DNA from: the human T2T-CHM13v2.0 reference genome, Homo sapiens
Length of the DNA: 64,000 nucleotides
NCBI RefSeq assembly: GCF_009914755.1
Contig: NC_060937.1
Direction: 5' to 3' (one strand)
Both the position numbers and the translations under genes were made by a program. The notes under the pieces are model-generated. The model saw nothing but the letters and a program-made list of their open reading frames with translations. It was not told where the DNA came from and did no database searches. Shown piece by piece: positions 57,616 to 64,000 of this stretch; position 1 is the stretch's first letter; each line of letters opens with the position of its first letter.

Positions 57616-60600
57616 GAAAATAATTCTATATTTTTTATTGGTCCACTTGCCTGAAAAGACTAGAATGTTGTTTTTGTGGAGTTCGTGGAAGTGATCATAT
57701 TAAGGCTTGAATCAAAGCGGGATTTCCTAGAGAAACTTCTAATTCTCCTTGTAAGCTATTTCCTGGAGGATGGAAGACGGCCACGTGCTTGGGTCCTGTG
57801 CCTCATATAAAAGGGAAGGGATTCTGACACATCCTGTTCATGGTCAATGATTTGATTTTTAGTTTGGATTTTTCTGTGTGTCTGGCCATTTGCACTGCAA
57901 ATATATTTCAGAATTTAATCTACACACCTACATGTCAGCACCACCCACTTTCACCCTGGGTAAGCTGATTTAGGGACCAAAATTCTTCCTTTAGTTTTTC
58001 AAATCCCTTTCAATATGAATATATATTTTTAAAAGGAATGAAAAAAATCAAAACTATTAGTTTCATTCAGTATTTTGAATGCTCAGGATTTTAAAGATGG
58101 TTAGACAGTATATGGATTACTAAATCTCCTCAGTGCCGTATCTGAGGGCAGAATGTAAGGTGGGTGACCCCTCACATGAGAACTGGCAATGGGAAGACAG
58201 TGAGATAGAAACCCAGCAGGAAACTGTGACCACTGCTCAACACAGAACAGGGAACTTGGGTAAGACTCCACTAATGAGAAGGAAGGAGAGTAAATCTGAG
58301 AGCACCTAGGAAGCCACTGGTCATCATGAATCACAAGCTCTTGATGAGTGCAGAATCCAGTTCTTTGGTGCCAGAATCTATTCTAACTGATCGGTCCTTG
58401 CTCCATCTGCTCTTAAAATTTTTTAATACCTCACTTAGCTAAGACAGGCTCATACGTGTTGTATGTTAGTGGTAAGCAATGGAAGGCTAAAGTACTGTCT
58501 GACATATTTTAAGAATATTCTCAAAAAGAGCCAAGCTTTTAGGAGTGGAAGTCTTTAGGCTCAGCTGTGCAAACCAGAAGTATCAGACACAGAAGACATG
58601 AGTGAACCTTTGTGAGAGCAGAGACCTTATTTTGACCACTGCTACCTTCCAAACACCTGGAATATTTGTGGTATAAATGAGTGAAATGAGGCTGGTGCTG
58701 TTAGGTGCCTCTCTTTCTCCTATTTGCTCATCTTTCTCGGTTACATCATTTGGTTAGTGCATTGACCATTTCACCTTCCACATTTTTATGGGTTTAAAGC
58801 CTAAAGAAAGAATCTTTATTTTATATATATATATAAACAACATAATCGATGATCTATTTGACCAGTTTTGCTCTCCCCTCTGCTCCCATTAAATGAGGAC
58901 TTCAATAAGAATTCAGAGAAATCACTTATAGTAAACTCAACCTTTATTTTTAATAAACAAAAGGGTGAATAACCATAAACATGAAATGAACCATGAATAT
59001 CATCTGCCAGACAACTGAAAAGAGACAAAGCTTTCTTAAATATGGCTTGAGATTTCAATCATTTCATCACTAGACTGATTTTAAAGAGACGGTAATTCTC
59101 AAAATCTGGTTCATCAATTTTTTGTTTAGTTTTGGTATGGTTGTTGTGTCTTTACTGTTTAGAAACCACAGCTTAAAAGCAACTTAGATAGTAATGCTCT
59201 AAATGACCAAAACTACATTTTATAATCAAAGCACTCAGAAATGAGTTATTAAAACCCAATTTTATTATTCTTTCTCTGTGTTTATATTGGTTTTTGTGGA
59301 TTTTTTCTGAAAACTATATAAACCTTTGCTCAGCCTTAACTCTTTAGTGAACTATTTTATTTAAAAAATAACAACACATGAACTTGACTGTGTTTAACTT
59401 CTGTTCCAGGTAAAAAAGACATGCTATAAAAAGATTTAATACTGTTCTCAGGGAAAAGAAAATGTCAAGCTACAAAATATCTGTAATATGTATTAATATG
59501 TTTTAAAATATCTAAAAATAATTAATGCTGATAATGTATTCAAAAGCCCTATAATAGTGTTTAAATTAAGAAGGCCCTCAGAATTTACAATTTAAATAGT
59601 AAACATATGGCACTACTCAAAAAAAAACATTGAAGCAAATAACTCATTAAAAATGCAAATGAATACAAGTGAACTTGCTTAAAAAAAGCAAGTAAGAGAA
59701 CCAAAGGCTATAATGGCAATGGAAAAGGCAAGGTCGAGGACTGTTCACAGGGGAGAATTCTGATGAGGTCAAATGCAGCCTTCGGAGCTGTGGACTACTT
59801 ATTAAGGAAGTAGCAGTTCTGAATTTTTATTACAGAGCTTTGCTCATACTGTGATGATTTCAGATAAGGTATTTATAGATTGTCTGAATATTTGACCTTG
59901 GAACTATTTTATGGACACTAGATATATTGCTTTTTATGGAGAAAATAGACAGTTCTACATAGGTAAATCATTTGCATTATCAGAAGAGAAAGCTGGGCTG
60001 AGGGAGGGAAGGTGGTGGTGACACTTCCCCTGTGAAACATTTCATGCCTGTTCAATACGTTTAAGCAATTACGCACTACCATAAATTAGAAAAGATTATA
60101 AATCAATTAGTGACTCTTACTAGCAGCCATAGACCCATGTAAAGTAAATCACATGATGCCCTTTTTACAATAAGTTCAGTCTTGATAAACTCAGTTATTC
60201 AGGAAAATGTCACTGCAGTGATGTCTGTCTATTCTAAATTGGAATCAATCCAATAATTGACTTCTGTTTTCTTCAGCAAAGGGCACTTAACACTAACGTG
60301 TGGTACATAGTCATATAGGCCTGAAGATCACACAAGTACATCCTATTATACCACCCTCCACCTTGGCAGATGGCTTACCTTGAGTGAAACCATTAACTAC
60401 TCCCAATTCAAGTGACTGAAACTAAGAAACATGGGCCAACTGATCATCACCTTGAAAATAATATTTTCTTCAGAACTGACACTTTCCTTGATACTGAAAT
60501 TTTCACTTACAGGTTTTAAGTAAATCTCACTAATATGTTTTTTGGATTAGATATTAACCAAAGAGAAATTTTAAGAATTATAGCTCTTTGCCCTTACAAA

Positions 60601-60899
60601 GTTTCAAAGATCTACAGTCATTACTAAAGACCATATTTTAAATAGGTATTTTAATTATGAGATATAAAAATATAATCAGGAATAATTTGAGTATGGTTTA
60701 CAATTATGTTTCAACACTGGTCATCTTAGGTTTTCATATATCATGTGCAAAAGAATACTTAAGTGAAAAGAACGTAGTAGTTATTGCCAAATTAGGAAGA
60801 TCACTCGCCAATCAATACTAAAAAAAAAAGAACTTGAACAGATTTACTTTTGTAATATTTGAAATATACAAAAGAATACAATTAATATAAGTTAGGAAG

Positions 60900-61700
60900 C
60901 ATAATAACATGAACTCCCATGGTGAGCTTTTTGTCTTTTCTAATATGTACATTTATTCTCTTTTAAGGTTACAAAGACCAGTTTGACAGCTTCCTGCAAA
61001 TTTATTTTCATTACGATATAGTTCTAATATTTCTGAAAATTTCCACCATGATTTTTTGACTGACTCATGGGTAACTTAGAAAAATGTCAAATCTCAAAAT
61101 GTATTTTTAAATTTTACTGTCTTCTAATTAAGTGTAGTGGTTAGAAAACATGGTTTTTGTGACAGAAATTTTCAGAAATTTGATGAAGCTTGCTTTGTTG
61201 TACATTGTGTGATACATTTTTGCAATTACTACATGTCCTTGAAAGAATGCCTATTTTCTAAACTGTTAGATACAGGAATCTATATATGTTTATTCCATTT
61301 ACCCTATTAAATGTGTTGTATAAATCATTAATCTTTACCAGCTTTTCCTGCTTGACAAAAATAATTGATAAAGGTGTATTAAAATCTACCTCTGTAGTAG
61401 ATGACTTTTTAACGTTTTACATTTGATGAATTGTGCTTTATATATTTTCATGCTATTTTTAAAAAATGCTTACAGGTTTAGTATTTTTATACTGTCCTGA
61501 TAAACTAGTAAAACTATCTTCACCCAATTGTTTTCTGTGCTAAAATCTGAATGATCTGAAACAAAATGGCTGTATTTCCAGGGCAAATTTGTCATTATTC
61601 CTTTATTTTCAACCTTTGTTTTCATGTTTAGGTGTGTAAACCACATATGACTATACTTTTAAATTCAAACTCAGAGTCTCTGTCTTTTGGCTTTTGGAAT
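60900..61700 (-). mobile_element. Old L1M fragment (ORF2, reverse)
   Basis: ttttttgactgactcatggg...catgtccttgaaagaatg...aaaggtgtattaaaatctacc. Confidence 0.6.
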
Positions 61701-61708
61701 TAGATTCT

Positions 61709-62278
61709 TGTATTAATTTTCTATTGCTACATGATAAATTACTGCAAACATACTGACTTAAAACAAGACAATGTATTATTCTCAGTTTTTGTGAGTCAGG
61801 AATCCAGCACATTTTAGCTGGGTGCTATACTCAGCTAAAATAAAAAAAAAAAAAAAAGGTTTTAGCTTGCTGAGTCCTAATCTGGAGGTTCAACTAGCAA
61901 AGACTCACCTTCACACTACCACAGATTATTGGCTGAATTCAGTTCCTTGTGGCTGTAGGACAGATGCCTTTCGGCTTTTAGCTGGGACTGTTTTCAGCTT
62001 TTAGTGGCTACTCTCAGGTCCTTGCAATGTGGCAATCTCTCAGACCTCCCTTTCTAGGACCAGCTTGAGAAAACTCTCTTCCCTTAAAAGACTCCTGTGA
62101 TAAGATCAGGTCCATTGGGACAATCTCCCTTTCTTAAAGACAATTGTGCCACAGGATACAACCTAATCACAGAAGTAAAATCCATCAAATTCACAATTCC
62201 AGGGATTATGCAAAACATGTACTCTAGGCTGAAGCAGACAGGAACTCTTGGGGGCCAGCCAGAATTGTGCATTCCACA
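61709..62278 (-). mobile_element. MLT1 (D/E-like) MaLR solo LTR
   Basis: tgtattaattttctattgct...aattcagttccttgtggctgtaggac...aatctccctttcttaaag...ccaca, with TG...CA termini. Confidence 0.85.
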
Positions 62279-62381
62279 TTCATTTACGTGGCTTATAATT
62301 AGTGATACTTGGCTTTATTTTTACCTTATTCCTTTTCTTATTTTTTATGTTTCTATTTGTCCTTTTTGTTTAATTTTTTCA

Positions 62382-62724
<343 letters not shown>

Positions 62725-62759
62725 AGAAATACTTTTTTGTTTGCTTGCTGTCTTACACA

Positions 62760-63460
62760 TTCTATTCCCATTCAATTTCTTTGGGAAATTATACATTGAA
62801 CCTCTGTTCTTTCAGCAGTTATTCTCAATTTTTTTTAAACAAGTATAATTAACAAACTATATAAGGACATTAGAAACTAACTCCCAATGTCCTCTCCAAA
62901 TTTAAATGTTATTACAGTCTAATACTTCAGCTCTATCATTGTATAAAAATCCTATCAATCAGACCGTATTAATAGTATTTTAAGAAGAAAATGTGCACGC
63001 TTTTATAAAATGCCTTTTTTTAGTCATTATTCCATATTACAGCTCAGATCATCATTTTGGGTTCTATTTTTAACTCAGCAATAATAAGTTGGAATCTTTT
63101 AGCTGAATGCTTTAGAATTTCCTTTTAGTCTCTCAGTTTTTGTTCAAAACTGTCCTTATTTTTGTCAATATTTTGAAGGTATTTCACAGAATTATAGTGA
63201 GTGACCACACAGCTTTATGTGGACATTGTCTATCAGCATTTTGAAAATATTATCCCATTGTCTTCTAGCTGCCACTGTTGATATTGACAGGTTGGCTGTC
63301 AGTCTACTGGTGTTTTCTTTGTAAACTGATGTCACCTTCTTGCTAGTACCTACTCCTCCATACTGCTGGAAGTAGCATTTCTATGAAAAATAAGTGATCA
63401 AATGATTGTCATTAACTATTGGCTTTGTAAAAGTTGTTTTCTTCATTTCTATGAAGATCT
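62760..63460 (-). mobile_element. Old L1M fragment (ORF1 region, reverse)
   Basis: tcagcattttgaaaatattatcccattgtcttctagct...gttggctgtcagtct. Confidence 0.55.
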
Positions 63461-63469
63461 TATTATTAT

Positions 63470-63670
63470 TGATATGGACAGGAGGCAAGGAAATATTGGG
63501 TAGAACAGGGTGGTTCCCCAGCAAAGGCCTCAGCCTCAAGCCTGGAAACTGGCAGCTCTAAAGAGAACAGGTATTCCCTGTTTTCACGCCCAAATGTTGC
63601 CTTTTCCAAGACTACTCTGGCCTGCCACGACTCTATCCTGTGCTCATATAAACCCCTGACCCCCACAGCC
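63470..63670 (+). mobile_element. MER50/MER52-family ERV1 LTR, 5' portion only
   Basis: tgatatggacaggaggcaaggaaatattgggtagaacagggtggttcccc...ctcaagcctgg...atataaaccc. Confidence 0.75.
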
Positions 63671-64000
63671 ACCCCGTCACCAAACAGATGTTTATATAGT
63701 TAATACATCCTTATCATATATAATCTAGTTGCTACTTTTCTTAGTATTTTAGCTGTCATAAAGGACTTCATGATAAAATAGCAGTAACTCCATTGGCATC
63801 TTCCCTGGATGTCTCTCATGAATCTTAGACTCTTAATGGGTCATAAGAGTTACACAGACTTTATACCTGGTTTTGGAAAAGCATGAACTCAAAGTAAATT
63901 TAATTAAATTATCTATTCCACAACCTCTCTTCACAACAGAAAACTATATTCTCTATGGATAATCACATAAAATTATACAAAGGCTAATAAAAAGGGAAAA

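Overview
Primate (human-like) intronic genomic DNA, AT-rich and repeat-dense. The only coding sequence I can support is one 547-bp internal exon on the minus strand (31519-32065). It encodes the N-terminal repression domain of the Kruppel-like factor KLF12 (SPNVHNYPDMEAVP...PVDLS...GRGHGK). The rest of the window is its two flanking introns. These contain about 20 Alus, L1/L2/MIR relics, solo LTRs (MER57, MLT1, MER50/52-like) and DNA transposons (MER20, MER30, MER58, MER2, MADE1). The other ORFs in the track look like repeat-derived or chance ORFs. I found no convincing new biological system. The most notable observations are: inverted Alus flanking the exon, where a circRNA would encode a zinc-finger-less CtBP-binding peptide; a MADE1 hairpin with a miR-548-like 5p arm in the host-sense direction; an Alu with a twin-priming-type 5' inversion at an apparent L1 deletion; several perfect palindromes; and candidate enhancer/CTCF motifs. 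Repeat families were assigned from recalled consensus sequences, and boundaries of old repeats are approximate.
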